Source of the DNA: Methanobacteriota archaeon
Lineage (GTDB): Archaea > Methanobacteriota > Methanobacteria > Methanobacteriales > Methanobacteriaceae
Length of the DNA: 64,000 bases
Reading direction: 5' to 3'
NCBI GenBank assembly: GCA_963787255.1
Contig: CAWBCJ010000029.1
Location: 640,001-704,000, forward strand
Below are positions 13,896 through 25,170 of the stretch, piece by piece. The first letter of the stretch is position 1. The number at the start of each line of letters is the position of its first letter. A model generated the notes under the pieces. It had not been told where the DNA came from. It was given only the letters and a program-made list of their open reading frames with translations, and made no database searches. The translations under genes and the position numbers were made by a program.

Positions 13896-13995
13896 AATAT
13901 TCACTCCTCCCCTCTATAATATCAAATATTTGAAATTTGTGATTTCGATTCCACGAAAGCATAAACTTTCGTAGGTTATCTTTAAATTAATCATA

Positions 13996-15810
13996 TTATG
14001 CTTTATCTTCAAGTACAAGCTTTGGGAATATGCATAGGCTCTTAAGCTCGTCTAATAAAAGCTTAAATGCGTATGAAATCTCAACTGGGAATGAATCTGA
14101 GTCCCCGCATATTGGACAGTACTTTCTTCCTCTTATTCTGTCGAAAACACCAATCATACCACACTCGTCACATACAATAGCTTCATATTTATCTGATTCA
14201 TCAAGAAGCCTTTCTTTAAGTGATAATGCAGCACCATGAGCAATAAGACAGTCTCTTTCCATTTCCCCAAACCTTAAACCACCTTCTCTGGCTCTACCTT
14301 CTGTAGGTTGCCTTGTTAAAACCTGCACAGGTCCTCTTGACCTTGCATATACCTTATCTGAAGTCATGTGGTGTAATTTCTGGTAGAAAGCAACTCCTAT
14401 GAATATTTCAGCTTCAATTCTTTCACCGGTTATTCCGTTGTAGAGTGATTCACGACCTGCGGTTTCAAATCCGTTTTCTTTAAGAAGGTCTTTAATCAAC
14501 TCTTCTCCATCCGCCCCGGTAAATGGAGTTCCATCCATTCTTCTCCCTTCCATTGCGCCTGCTTTTCCTGCAAGCATCTCAATAACCTGACCAACGGACA
14601 TCCTTGATGGGATAGCGTGTGGGTTTACAATTAAATCTGGAACCACACCGTCGGCGGTGAATGGTACGTTTTCCTGTGAAACTATGAGTCCTACAACACC
14701 CTTCTGACCGTGCCTTGATGCGAATTTATCACCAAATTCAGGTTGTCTCTGGTCACGGACCCTTATTTTGGTGAGTTTACTTCCTTCAACGGTTTCTGTA
14801 ACCAGTACAGCGTCAATAGTACCTTTTTCACCGTGTCTTACAGTAATGGATGTTTCACGTCTTCGCTCTGCAGGTGTTCCAAATTCGTCTATTTCTTCAA
14901 GGAACCTTGGAGGTGAAGTTTTACCAATTAAAACGTCTCCTGATTTAACTACTACTTCTGGATTTATTATACCGTCTTCGTCTAGATGCCTGTAAACTTC
15001 TTCTGATCTATATCCTCTAACAGTTTTTTCTGGTAATTCGAACTTATCTTCCTGTCCACCAGGATATCTTCTCTCTGAAGCTTCATATGATCTAAAGAAT
15101 GATGATCTTGAAAGTCCCCTTTCAATAGATGCCTTGTTAAGTATCAATGCATCTTCCATGTTGTATCCTTCGTAAGACATAACCGCAACCACGAAATTCT
15201 GGCCGGACGGCCTTGCATCGTAATTTGTAGCGTCTATTGACCTTGTTTTAACCAAGGGTAACTGGGGATGATGTAAAAGATGGGCTCTTGTATCTGTTCT
15301 TAAACTGTAATTTGAAACGTAAAGACCTAAAGCTTGTTTTGTCATCCCTGCTTCCATTGTATTTCTTGGGGATGAGTTATGGTTAGCGTAAGGAATGATA
15401 CCCGCACATATTCCAAGCATTGTGGATGGGTCAATTTCGAGATGTGTATGCTCTTCAGTTAACCAGTCATCAAACATGGCAATATAAGTGTTTTCCTCTT
15501 CTTCAGCGTCAAGATATTCAATTATACCTTGATTTACAATGTCATCCCAGTTCATTTCGCCAGATTCAAGAGCGTCAATGTGTTCATCTTTAAATGTTGA
15601 TTCCCCGTCTTTGACTACAATGAGTGGCCTTCGTGTTCTTCCGGGATCGTTGAAAATAAAAATTTCATCTGTTTCTGGATAATAGGTGATGTTCATTTCG
15701 TGGGAAATTTCCCCACTCCGCCTTTTTTCCCTCATTTCTTCAACAAAAATGTCGGGATCGTCACAAACTCCTATGAGCTTACCGTTAATATAAATTTTGC
15801 ACTTTTTCAC
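13996..15810 (-). CDS. rpoB1: DNA-directed RNA polymerase subunit B'
   Basis: [12 protein letters not shown]; [10 protein letters not shown]. Confidence 0.98.
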   Translation of the reverse strand: MKKCKIYINGKLIGVCDDPDIFVEEMREKRRSGEISHEMNITYYPETDEIFIFNDPGRTRRPLIVVKDGESTFKDEHIDALESGEMNWDDIVNQGIIEYLDAEEEENTYIAMFDDWLTEEHTHLEIDPSTMLGICAGIIPYANHNSSPRNTMEAGMTKQALGLYVSNYSLRTDTRAHLLHHPQLPLVKTRSIDATNYDARPSGQNFVVAVMSYEGYNMEDALILNKASIERGLSRSSFFRSYEASERRYPGGQEDKFELPEKTVRGYRSEEVYRHLDEDGIINPEVVVKSGDVLIGKTSPPRFLEEIDEFGTPAERRRETSITVRHGEKGTIDAVLVTETVEGSKLTKIRVRDQRQPEFGDKFASRHGQKGVVGLIVSQENVPFTADGVVPDLIVNPHAIPSRMSVGQVIEMLAGKAGAMEGRRMDGTPFTGADGEELIKDLLKENGFETAGRESLYNGITGERIEAEIFIGVAFYQKLHHMTSDKVYARSRGPVQVLTRQPTEGRAREGGLRFGEMERDCLIAHGAALSLKERLLDESDKYEAIVCDECGMIGVFDRIRGRKYCPICGDSDSFPVEISYAFKLLLDELKSLCIFPKLVLEDKA

Positions 15811-15822
15811 GCTTTAACCCCT

Positions 15823-17316
15823 TTATTTAGAACTTAAAACTCCCATTTTCTTAATCACGTTTTCAATTTCCTTTGGATCAGACCCTTCAGATATCTTGGC
15901 CAGCAGTGCCAGGTTTTTAACGAGCCCACAATTTGGTCCCTCTGGGGTCTCGTTTGGACATATCTTTCCAAACTGTGTTGGATGCAAATCACGAGCTTCA
16001 AAGTGAGGTTGGCTCCTGCTTAAAGGGGATACAACCCTTTTAAGGTGGGATAATGTTCCCATGTAACTGGTTCTGTCCAGCAACTGGCTTACACCTGCCC
16101 TTCCACCAACCCAGTTTCCTGTGGCGATGGCGTGTTTAATATTTTCTGTTAGAACATCAGATCTCACAGCCTGCTTTACAGAAGGTTCTTTACCTCTAGC
16201 AAGGCTTCTTTCAAGCTGATAAGTCATGTCTCTAGTCAAACTGGTAAATGCAACTCTGAATAAATCTTCCATGAGATCTCCGGATACTCTGAGCCTTTTG
16301 TTAGCGTAATGATCCTTGTCGTGTGGTTCACGTTTTTCAAAAATAACTTGAAGTAACATTTCGGTCATTTCAGCTAAATAAGTAGATTTATCTGCTCTAT
16401 CTTCAGGAGTAACTCCCATATGAGGTAGTAGATATCTGTCAATTACGTCTTCCGCTCTTTTAATTCTGTATTCTTCAGTCATACCTTTAGCGACCCTGTT
16501 ACCGATGTATTTAACAGCGTCGTACCTGTTCATTACTTCTGAAGTTTGTATATCGTCTATAAGAAGGAATTGTAAGTCACTTTTGTCTGAAACACTGGTT
16601 ACTAATTCTTCGTCAGTTTCCAGTCCTAGCGCACGTAATAAAACAACAAGTGGTATTTCTCCTGGAACGTAAGGGAATGATATTCTAAGGAATACACCTT
16701 TTTTCCTTGGCTTTCTGTATTCAAGGGTTATTCTAGCTCTAAATCCACTTTTAATTGAAGTAACAATTGCTCTTGCTCTTCTATCTCCTTTTTCACCAAT
16801 ACGTTCAAGAATGATCTTATTTGGAGCTATTTCTTCCATGGTAACGATTGCTCTTTCAGAACCGTTTACAATGAAATATCCACCAGGATCCTGTGGATCT
16901 TCTCCTTTTTCTTCTAATTCTTTTTCATTTAATCCATTTAGATGGCATATATTTGATTTAAGCATTACTGGCAGTTCACCAATATATACAGGTTCTAAAG
17001 TTGGATTTTCTTCCCCTTGTTTGACCAAGGCCATTTCAAGGTACATATGTGCAGAATAAGTTAAGTTTCTAAGTCTTGCTTCTGTTGGATATATTACACT
17101 TTTTGATCCGTCAGCTTCTTTAATAAATGGCTTTCTAATCTCTAATTTACCTGTTTCTACTCTGTATTCGCCCTGTTCAAGAACAATGTTTTCTGTAATG
17201 TCAATTATGTCCTGTATTCTGTGGTTTACAAAGTCGTTGTAGGATTTTATATGATGATCTACCAGATTGTACTGATCAAAAAATGCATCAACCAGTCCCC
17301 ATGCATTTTTTTCCAT
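15823..17316 (-). CDS. rpoB2: DNA-directed RNA polymerase subunit B''
   Basis: GGYFIVNGSER; ETPEGPNCGLVKN. Confidence 0.97.
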   Translation of the reverse strand: MEKNAWGLVDAFFDQYNLVDHHIKSYNDFVNHRIQDIIDITENIVLEQGEYRVETGKLEIRKPFIKEADGSKSVIYPTEARLRNLTYSAHMYLEMALVKQGEENPTLEPVYIGELPVMLKSNICHLNGLNEKELEEKGEDPQDPGGYFIVNGSERAIVTMEEIAPNKIILERIGEKGDRRARAIVTSIKSGFRARITLEYRKPRKKGVFLRISFPYVPGEIPLVVLLRALGLETDEELVTSVSDKSDLQFLLIDDIQTSEVMNRYDAVKYIGNRVAKGMTEEYRIKRAEDVIDRYLLPHMGVTPEDRADKSTYLAEMTEMLLQVIFEKREPHDKDHYANKRLRVSGDLMEDLFRVAFTSLTRDMTYQLERSLARGKEPSVKQAVRSDVLTENIKHAIATGNWVGGRAGVSQLLDRTSYMGTLSHLKRVVSPLSRSQPHFEARDLHPTQFGKICPNETPEGPNCGLVKNLALLAKISEGSDPKEIENVIKKMGVLSSK

Positions 17317-17341
17317 TAAATTCCTCCAAAAAATAAATCAA

Positions 17342-17575
17342 TTAGTCTAATACTAGTCGATAAGTTACAAACTTTCCGGCAGTATGGCTTTTTCGTGTTA
17401 TTTTTAAAATATCTCCTGATTTAGCTTCAATTGCCTTACAAACAGGATCGTCCTGTTTTATCTTGGGAAGCTGTTCGGGATGAATATCTAATTCTTTTAT
17501 TACTTTATTTATTTCAGATTTTGACAAAATAGTATGTTCTGGAACTAATTTGTGTTTTAAGATATCTTTTTTCAC
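17342..17575 (-). CDS. rpoH: DNA-directed RNA polymerase subunit H
   Basis: HKLVPEH...LPKI...DP...YRLV. Confidence 0.96.
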   Translation of the reverse strand: MKKDILKHKLVPEHTILSKSEINKVIKELDIHPEQLPKIKQDDPVCKAIEAKSGDILKITRKSHTAGKFVTYRLVLD

Positions 17576-17604
17576 ACTTTATCCTCCAGTTAAAAATCAA
17601 AGAA

Positions 17605-17678
<74 letters not shown>

Positions 17679-17689
17679 ATATAATACAA

Positions 17690-17761
17690 CGCCCTGGCCG
17701 GGATTTGAACCCGAGTCGTGGGCTCGACAGGCCCACATGATAGCCCCTACACCACCAGGGC
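17690..17761 (-). tRNA. tRNA-Asp(GTC)
   Basis: Cloverleaf; TGGGC-CT GTC GA-GCCCA. Confidence 0.95.
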
Positions 17762-17875
17762 AGCTCTTAAGAATGAGAGTATAATTGGATATACGTATAC
17801 ATACTTAAATACTTTTCTAATTCTTCTAGTATATAACTTTTGTTATTTATTTTCCGGAGTATTTTAATAATAAAA

Positions 17876-17949
17876 TCCCGCCTGCCGGACTTGAACCAGC
17901 AACCCTCGGATCTACAGTCCGATGCTCTGCCAAATTGAGCTAAGGCGGG
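17876..17949 (-). tRNA. tRNA-Tyr(GTA)
   Basis: C1-G72 acceptor typical of archaeal Tyr; TCGGA-CT GTA GA-TCCGA. Confidence 0.95.
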
Positions 17950-17988
17950 AATATGAAATTATTTTTTGACTCCAACTATAAAAAATGG

Positions 17989-18064
<76 letters not shown>

Positions 18065-18102
18065 AAATGAAGTTCACTTATACTGTTATTAAATGGAACT
18101 AA

Positions 18103-18180
<78 letters not shown>

Positions 18181-18310
18181 ATAGGTATCTTGTATTTTCA
18201 CTTATAAAGTTTTGGGTATTCAATCAAAGACTACTACATAATTACAGTAAATAGTAAGTTTGGAATTTAATAATTTACTGCTTTAGGTATAAAAAGTTAA
18301 TGGTAAATTT

Positions 18311-19540
18311 TTATTTTAATCCCTTTGATGCTACTTCCTGAAGCACTTCCACCACCGGAAGTTTTTCACCAGCAAGTAAATTAATGGATGCCCCGCCGCC
18401 GCTGCTTATATGGGTTATGCCTGAAGACAAGCCCATATGACTGGCTGCCGCAGCTAAATGCCCCCCTCCAATTATAGAATTTGCATTTGACGAAGCAATT
18501 GCATTTAAAAGGTCTTCTGTACCTATATTAAACCCTTCTTTCTCGAAAACTCCTGCAGGACCGTTTGCAAATATGGTTTTTGCATGCCTAATACATTTAG
18601 CATATTCAGTAATGGTATCAGTCCCTATATCAAATATAGGATTGTTTGGAATATTTTCAACGTTGTATTCTTCTCTTTTATCGTCTATACAAACAGCAAC
18701 ATCTATAGGAATTTTTATCTGACCTTTAAATTCCTTTAGCATCTTTTTACCCTTTTTAACAAAGTCACAGTAGTCTCTATCTTTTATAAACTCCTTATTA
18801 TACTTTCTTATGTTAATTCCAGATGCCCATAAAAATATATTGGCAACCAGACCAGTTGTGAGTATATAATCTGCACTCCCGTTTCTTAAAACGTTTTCCA
18901 TAACCATTATGGAGTCATCTACCTTTACACCACCCAGTACATAAACACAAGGTTTTTCAGCATTATTCATGGCATTATATAAAGAATTAAGTTCAGTTTC
19001 CATTACTCTTCCTGCACCTGAGGGTAACGTTAATGCAAATCCCACAAGTGATGGCTGTGATCTATGTGCAGCTGCAAAAGCATCATTTATGAAATAATCT
19101 GCAACAGGCGTTAATTTCTGAACCATATGAGTTTTAGCCTGCTCCTTAGGATCTCTTTTAAGAATTTCCTCAGAATAAAAACGAACATTCTCTAAAAGAA
19201 GAATATCTCCCTTTTTCATTTTCTTTATTCTTCCCCTGGCGTTACTTCCAAATATGTCATCAACGTAATCTACGGGCCGTTTTAAAAGATTAGAAAGGGA
19301 ATGAGCATGCTGCTGGAGAGTAGTAAAATCATTTTTACCAGGACGGCTCTGGTGAGCAAGTATAACAGTTTTTGCACCCTTCTTTGAAATTTCATCAATG
19401 GTCCCAGCGTGCAGTTTGATTCTGGTATCATCTAGAAGAGATCCCGTATTTGGATCTACCGGCGAATTAATATCCACCCTTACCAGAACAGTCTTATCAT
19501 TCATATCAAAGTCGTCAATGGTATAAAATTGAAGGGACAT
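18311..19540 (-). CDS. pgk: Phosphoglycerate kinase
   Basis: VRVDINSP, LLENVRF, NDAFAAAHR, GGG motifs. Confidence 0.96.
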   Translation of the reverse strand: MSLQFYTIDDFDMNDKTVLVRVDINSPVDPNTGSLLDDTRIKLHAGTIDEISKKGAKTVILAHQSRPGKNDFTTLQQHAHSLSNLLKRPVDYVDDIFGSNARGRIKKMKKGDILLLENVRFYSEEILKRDPKEQAKTHMVQKLTPVADYFINDAFAAAHRSQPSLVGFALTLPSGAGRVMETELNSLYNAMNNAEKPCVYVLGGVKVDDSIMVMENVLRNGSADYILTTGLVANIFLWASGINIRKYNKEFIKDRDYCDFVKKGKKMLKEFKGQIKIPIDVAVCIDDKREEYNVENIPNNPIFDIGTDTITEYAKCIRHAKTIFANGPAGVFEKEGFNIGTEDLLNAIASSNANSIIGGGHLAAAASHMGLSSGITHISSGGGASINLLAGEKLPVVEVLQEVASKGLK

Positions 19541-19554
19541 TTTTTTCCTCACCA

Positions 19555-20238
<684 letters not shown>

Positions 20239-20485
20239 TTATCCTCCAAAAACAGATATGCTAATTATATTATGATATTATATTTTTTCAACATAAAAAT
20301 ATTTGTGGAAATAAATTTTTTTTTAAATTATCAAATATAAACCATTAATTGGTTATAATGCTGATTTTGGCTTTAAAATGTAAAAATAAGCCTATTCTAT
20401 AAAAAAAAGAAAATTAAAAAAGAAAGTAAGTTTAAATCATTGATAATTATTGTGATTTATCGAGTGTATCAGAAGTTATCAGTTA

Positions 20486-21184
20486 TTATACGAATAGATA
20501 ATTGTATCCGTAACTTCTGTAAGGAACTGTTTGCCATGCGCCATTTAAGAATACTTGAACGGATCTGTGTTGGCTTGAGTAGCTTGTTGCATATTGAATA
20601 ATTCTTGACTGATATCCTGCTGCCTGGAATTTACTGTTCAGATAATCGCTCATTGCCCAGCAATCACCAGCACCATACTTTGCTATGTCAGCACCTGTGT
20701 GATAAGCACTGCTGTATCCAAATCCACTACCTGATCTCATTATAGCGTCTAAAGTTGGATCATTACTCCATGATCCTGAACTGCTTGTTGGTGTATTGAC
20801 GGTTTTTGTTGTTGAATAAGCAGAAACACTGCTGTAGGATTTTTTATAAACCCATTTGTATCTCCATTTACCTTTGTATCGGTACTTGACCCTAACTTTG
20901 GTGTACTTAACTTTCGCTTTCTTGTAAGTTTTCTTGTAAGTCTTTTTAGTGGCTTTTACTTTCTTTGTGGCTTTTTTAGTCTTTGCCTTGACTTTTTTCT
21001 TTTTAGAAGCTGCATTAACTTCTAAAACATTTTTATCTTCTTTTAAACCAATTTTTGCAATATTGTCCGATGCAACCTGGTTTTCTGTCCCTACTGCTGA
21101 GGGAATTATGCACATTGTCATACAAATTATTAGTAGCAATGCACATGATGTGTGTCGCTTAATTGTACCGCCTCCGAGTTCCAT
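20486..21184 (-). CDS. Secreted Lys-rich protein with C-terminal transglutaminase-like Cys-His domain
   Basis: Signal-like hydrophobic stretch; K-rich repeats; GDCWAMS ... QHRSVQV; true start uncertain (possibly ATT at 21163). Confidence 0.6.
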   Translation of the reverse strand: MELGGGTIKRHTSCALLLIICMTMCIIPSAVGTENQVASDNIAKIGLKEDKNVLEVNAASKKKKVKAKTKKATKKVKATKKTYKKTYKKAKVKYTKVRVKYRYKGKWRYKWVYKKSYSSVSAYSTTKTVNTPTSSSGSWSNDPTLDAIMRSGSGFGYSSAYHTGADIAKYGAGDCWAMSDYLNSKFQAAGYQSRIIQYATSYSSQHRSVQVFLNGAWQTVPYRSYGYNYLFV

Positions 21185-21667
21185 AGTACTTAATGCACTC
21201 GTTGGAACGTTTTGGACAATATTTAATCAAATTAAGATCATATATAAATCTTTTGATTTAATTTTCCATAAAAGGCGCTTACAAAGTCGTTTTTTCGATA
21301 TAACGCACGCTTAGAGTCATTTTATGATTTATATTAAGAAGAAAGAAACTTGTTTTCATTTTATAATTAACTAGCTTCATTTAAACTTCATTTCTTAAAA
21401 AAAGGAATATCCGATGTTATATCATATTCACTTAATTCTTTCAAATTATACCTTAATGTTTATAGAAACCTATATATTGCATTAAGAGGTATTTATCCAT
21501 TTCTTTTGATAAATAACCATTATCAGTGCTATATATGTCATAAGGACAATTTATATTCAAAATTTAAGAAACAAGGCATTACTTTAAATTTAATGTTATA
21601 TATTAATTGAATTGACTGAAAATTTATAAAAATTTTATAAAAATAAATTGAACAGGTAATAATTATT

Positions 21668-22582
21668 ATGTCACTTTCAGATGAAGATCTCCAAAAACTA
21701 GAAAAAATGGGTTACCGATTTGTGGGTAATAATCGGCATGCAGCAGCAAAAGTATGTCATTGGACCAAAAAAAGCATTCTTGATGATGGAGAGTGCTACA
21801 AACAGAAATTTTATGGTATAGAAAGTCACAGATGCTTGCAAATGTCTCCAAGTATTCCATTCTGCCATCAGAAGTGTTTATTCTGCTGGAGAGATCTTTC
21901 AGTTACTGAGACTAAGTGGAAAGGAGAATATGATGAACCGAGAGAAATAATTGACGGGTGCATCAGTGCCCAGAGAGACCTTCTCTGCGGGTTTTTTGGA
22001 AATGAAAAAGCCAATAAAAAGAAGCTGGATGAATCACAGGATCCTAAAAATGCTGCAATTTCCCTTGCAGGAGAACCGATGATTTACCCCCAAATAGAAG
22101 GATTAATTGAGGAATTTCACAGGAGAGACTTTACAACATTCCTGGTTACAAATGGAATGACACCAGAGAAGCTTGAAAATTTAAGGGAAGAACCAACACA
22201 GCTTTACATTTCCCTTGATGCACCTCATAAAAAAATATTTGAAAAATTATGCAATCCTCAAATTGAAAATGGCTGGCAAAATCTAAATAAAAGCCTTGAT
22301 TTACTTTCAAGCTTTGATTGCAGGAAAGTATTGAGGATGACCTGTGTTAAGGACTTTAACATGCAAAATGCTGATGAATACGCCAGTATCATTAAAAAAA
22401 GCAGTCCTGACTTTGTTGAGATCAAAGCATACATGTTTGTGGGATATTCCAGAAGGAGATTAAAATGGGAGAATATGCCTTCAAATCAGGAAATATATGA
22501 TTTTGCAAGTTCTGTTGCGGAAAAATGCGATCTTGAAATAATTGACAAAGCTTACGAAAGCAGAGTAGTGCTTTTGGGTTAA
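21668..22582 (+). CDS. taw1: 4-demethylwyosine synthase (radical SAM, Taw1/TYW1)
   Basis: CHWTKK, CYKQKFYGIESHRC, CxxxCxxC, SLAGEP. Confidence 0.93.
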   Translation: MSLSDEDLQKLEKMGYRFVGNNRHAAAKVCHWTKKSILDDGECYKQKFYGIESHRCLQMSPSIPFCHQKCLFCWRDLSVTETKWKGEYDEPREIIDGCISAQRDLLCGFFGNEKANKKKLDESQDPKNAAISLAGEPMIYPQIEGLIEEFHRRDFTTFLVTNGMTPEKLENLREEPTQLYISLDAPHKKIFEKLCNPQIENGWQNLNKSLDLLSSFDCRKVLRMTCVKDFNMQNADEYASIIKKSSPDFVEIKAYMFVGYSRRRLKWENMPSNQEIYDFASSVAEKCDLEIIDKAYESRVVLLG

Positions 22583-22686
22583 AGAAGAAATTCAGCAAAT
22601 TAATAAATGAAATTGTTAAAATCATATCTTAAAACCACATTATTTTTATTAAAGTAGCGTATAAAAGAAAATTTAGAGGTGGTTTA

Positions 22687-23550
22687 ATGAAAAAACTGAT
22701 AGTGGGGATTTTAATTATATTCATGGCTTTAAGCCCCATATACGGAGCTTCAGGATTTGCAATAACATTTGGAGAAACTACTTATGCTAATCCTCAATGG
22801 AAAAGCTCAACATTGGATTATTTCCAGTCACATACTGATAAAAAGGTTACCAATGCTACAACTAAGGTTATAACCGCATCTGAAGTAAACCAAATAGCTA
22901 AAGGCATTACTGGAAGAACATATTCTTCAAAACAAATATTTTCGTGTGCAATGGTTGATTTAAGCTACAATCAAGGAATTAAAATAATTGTAGATAAAAG
23001 TAAAATCGGCGTTGTTACACCAAAAATGTATGCAAATGCTTTAAAATCCTCTGGAATTGAAAATGGATACGTTGTCGTCACAGCCCCAGTTCAATCCTCT
23101 GGAGAAGCAGCCTTAACCGGAGTTTTAAAATCTTATGAGACTGCAGTAGGTGCTCCAATACCAGAGAGCGCTAAAAAAGCTGCAACAGAAGAATTATACA
23201 CTGAAGATCAAATAGCAAATCAAACAGGTCAAAATCCTGATAAAGTTGCGGATCTATTTGAACAAGTTAAAAATGAAGTTCAAAAACAAAATTTACAGGA
23301 TCCAGCTCAGATTAAGATTATTGTAATTAATATAGCCAACAATATGAATATCAATATAAACGACCAGCAAGCCCAGCAAATTGCAGATTCCATTGCAAAT
23401 TCTCAGAAAGTTCAGGCCGATCTTGCAGGATTTAAACAACAGCTTCAAAGTGTTTCAAGTCAGGTTAATCAGTCTGGAATTCTGGATCAAATAATGGCAT
23501 ATTTCCAGGCCGCTGTTGATTACATCAAAGGATTGATATATGGACAATAA
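22687..23550 (+). CDS. Secreted DUF1002-family protein
   Basis: Signal peptide; MYANAL..SGI, SGEAALTGVLKSYE. Confidence 0.8.
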   Translation: MKKLIVGILIIFMALSPIYGASGFAITFGETTYANPQWKSSTLDYFQSHTDKKVTNATTKVITASEVNQIAKGITGRTYSSKQIFSCAMVDLSYNQGIKIIVDKSKIGVVTPKMYANALKSSGIENGYVVVTAPVQSSGEAALTGVLKSYETAVGAPIPESAKKAATEELYTEDQIANQTGQNPDKVADLFEQVKNEVQKQNLQDPAQIKIIVINIANNMNININDQQAQQIADSIANSQKVQADLAGFKQQLQSVSSQVNQSGILDQIMAYFQAAVDYIKGLIYGQ

Positions 23551-23727
23551 AAAAAACTTATGTTGATTGATATGTGCAGTAGAGAATAAATGTACTGAAA
23601 CTGCATCTATCAGTAAAATTTTCTCTTTATTTACGGATAAGATTATATTCTACTAAAAACAAGATTACTTACAAAATATTAAGAATTAAAGAATTATCTG
23701 GGATGCTCAGACAATCAGTGTGATAAC

Positions 23728-24810
23728 ATGTTACTTGCAGAGAATCATCTTCAACTTATACTCGAATTCGCGATTATTGTACATCTGGGAGTTATACTCC
23801 TTTTCAATGTCATTTCAATACCTTTAAGTATGGTACTTTTCATTGCACTTGTTTTAACTGTTCTTCTTGCGGTTGTTTTTGGAGTTGATGCAAGTTTTCT
23901 TTTCCTTCCATTTGTTTCTCATCATGAATTCACACATCCATTTGGGGCAATTGCAGTTTTTGCATGGGTAACTCTTGCAGCATCTGCAAGTCTCTTAAGC
24001 GAAGTAGAAATCAAATCCACATCAATTCATGCATTATCACTCATTCTTTTTGGAGTAATAGCTATTGTAGGTGGATTAATGCACCAATCATTTTTAATTC
24101 TCTGGTTCCTGGGATGGATAATTGGAACTCTTATCATGTCTAAGAGCTTTAAAAGGAGCTCAAGGTTAACTCCCAAAACAATTATGGCAGTAGGAGTAGC
24201 AGCAATAGCTGGTTTTGGAATTTTGGAATTATTATCCCGGGTTTTTAACGCGGCCATATTAAGTCCACTTTTAAGATTTACAAGAATTGAGGAATATTCT
24301 CTTCCAAGCATTACCATGGTATTAAAAAATACCACCATTTGGGGTCATGTTCAGGGGTCCTGTTATTGGGGAGCGCAATGTCTGGGAGGATCAGATGGAT
24401 ACGTTTCGCTGCCGATGGGTCTTCTTCACTTTTTAACCTTGCCTTTTCCTCTCTTTTATGGTGTTCTAGTCACAAAAAAAGATTATATTGATTACATGTT
24501 GCCCGGAATATTTGGTATTTCATTTGATTTCGGATACATAGCGTTGTTGGCGCTGATTGGCTGGATAATGGTGGTAGTTTGCACAGGGTTCTTTATTCTA
24601 AGAAAATATCGGAGTAAAAGGAAAAATGGGAGCCGAATGTACCTTGGAAGGGAAGCTATGCTTATTGGGGCGCTTGCCGCGTTTATAACTCAGACAATTG
24701 TGGGTCTTTTCATATTTAACAGGACTTTTAACGGTGCTGCAATGATAGGCTTCATATTTCTTTCTGCGTTGGTTATGGCACATGCAGTAACTATAAGAAG
24801 AACTCTTTAA
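23728..24810 (+). CDS. Multi-pass membrane protein of unknown function
   Basis: About 10 hydrophobic helices with one larger extramembrane loop. Confidence 0.7.
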   Translation: MLLAENHLQLILEFAIIVHLGVILLFNVISIPLSMVLFIALVLTVLLAVVFGVDASFLFLPFVSHHEFTHPFGAIAVFAWVTLAASASLLSEVEIKSTSIHALSLILFGVIAIVGGLMHQSFLILWFLGWIIGTLIMSKSFKRSSRLTPKTIMAVGVAAIAGFGILELLSRVFNAAILSPLLRFTRIEEYSLPSITMVLKNTTIWGHVQGSCYWGAQCLGGSDGYVSLPMGLLHFLTLPFPLFYGVLVTKKDYIDYMLPGIFGISFDFGYIALLALIGWIMVVVCTGFFILRKYRSKRKNGSRMYLGREAMLIGALAAFITQTIVGLFIFNRTFNGAAMIGFIFLSALVMAHAVTIRRTL

Positions 24811-25170
24811 ACACTTTTTTAGGGCATTAATTTTATTTGAATATTTTACAGATAGTATCTATTTTAAATAAAGTCTATGAATTATAATATAAAGTGTTAA
24901 TTAGATGTATATTACATAATTCTAAATGTTAATGGCGTTAATTAGTCAATTACGTCTGCATCTATCTTTTCTGCACTTTAAATTTAAATTGCATTTTTAA
25001 TACTATTATTTAGCAAGAAACAGCAATAAACTAAACCCAATCCAAACAGTTATATACTTCTGTATAAGATTTTTTTTAAAAGTATAACGAATTATTGGTG
25101 CCAAATAAGTGATTAGTAATGAAAATCTGACTTTCGATATTAATTATACAATCTAATTAAGGGGTTTAAG

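Noticed and set aside
17762-17875. 5S rRNA within the tRNA cluster
   Set aside because: The spacer is AT-rich with a TATA-like element and lacks 5S sequence or GC stems
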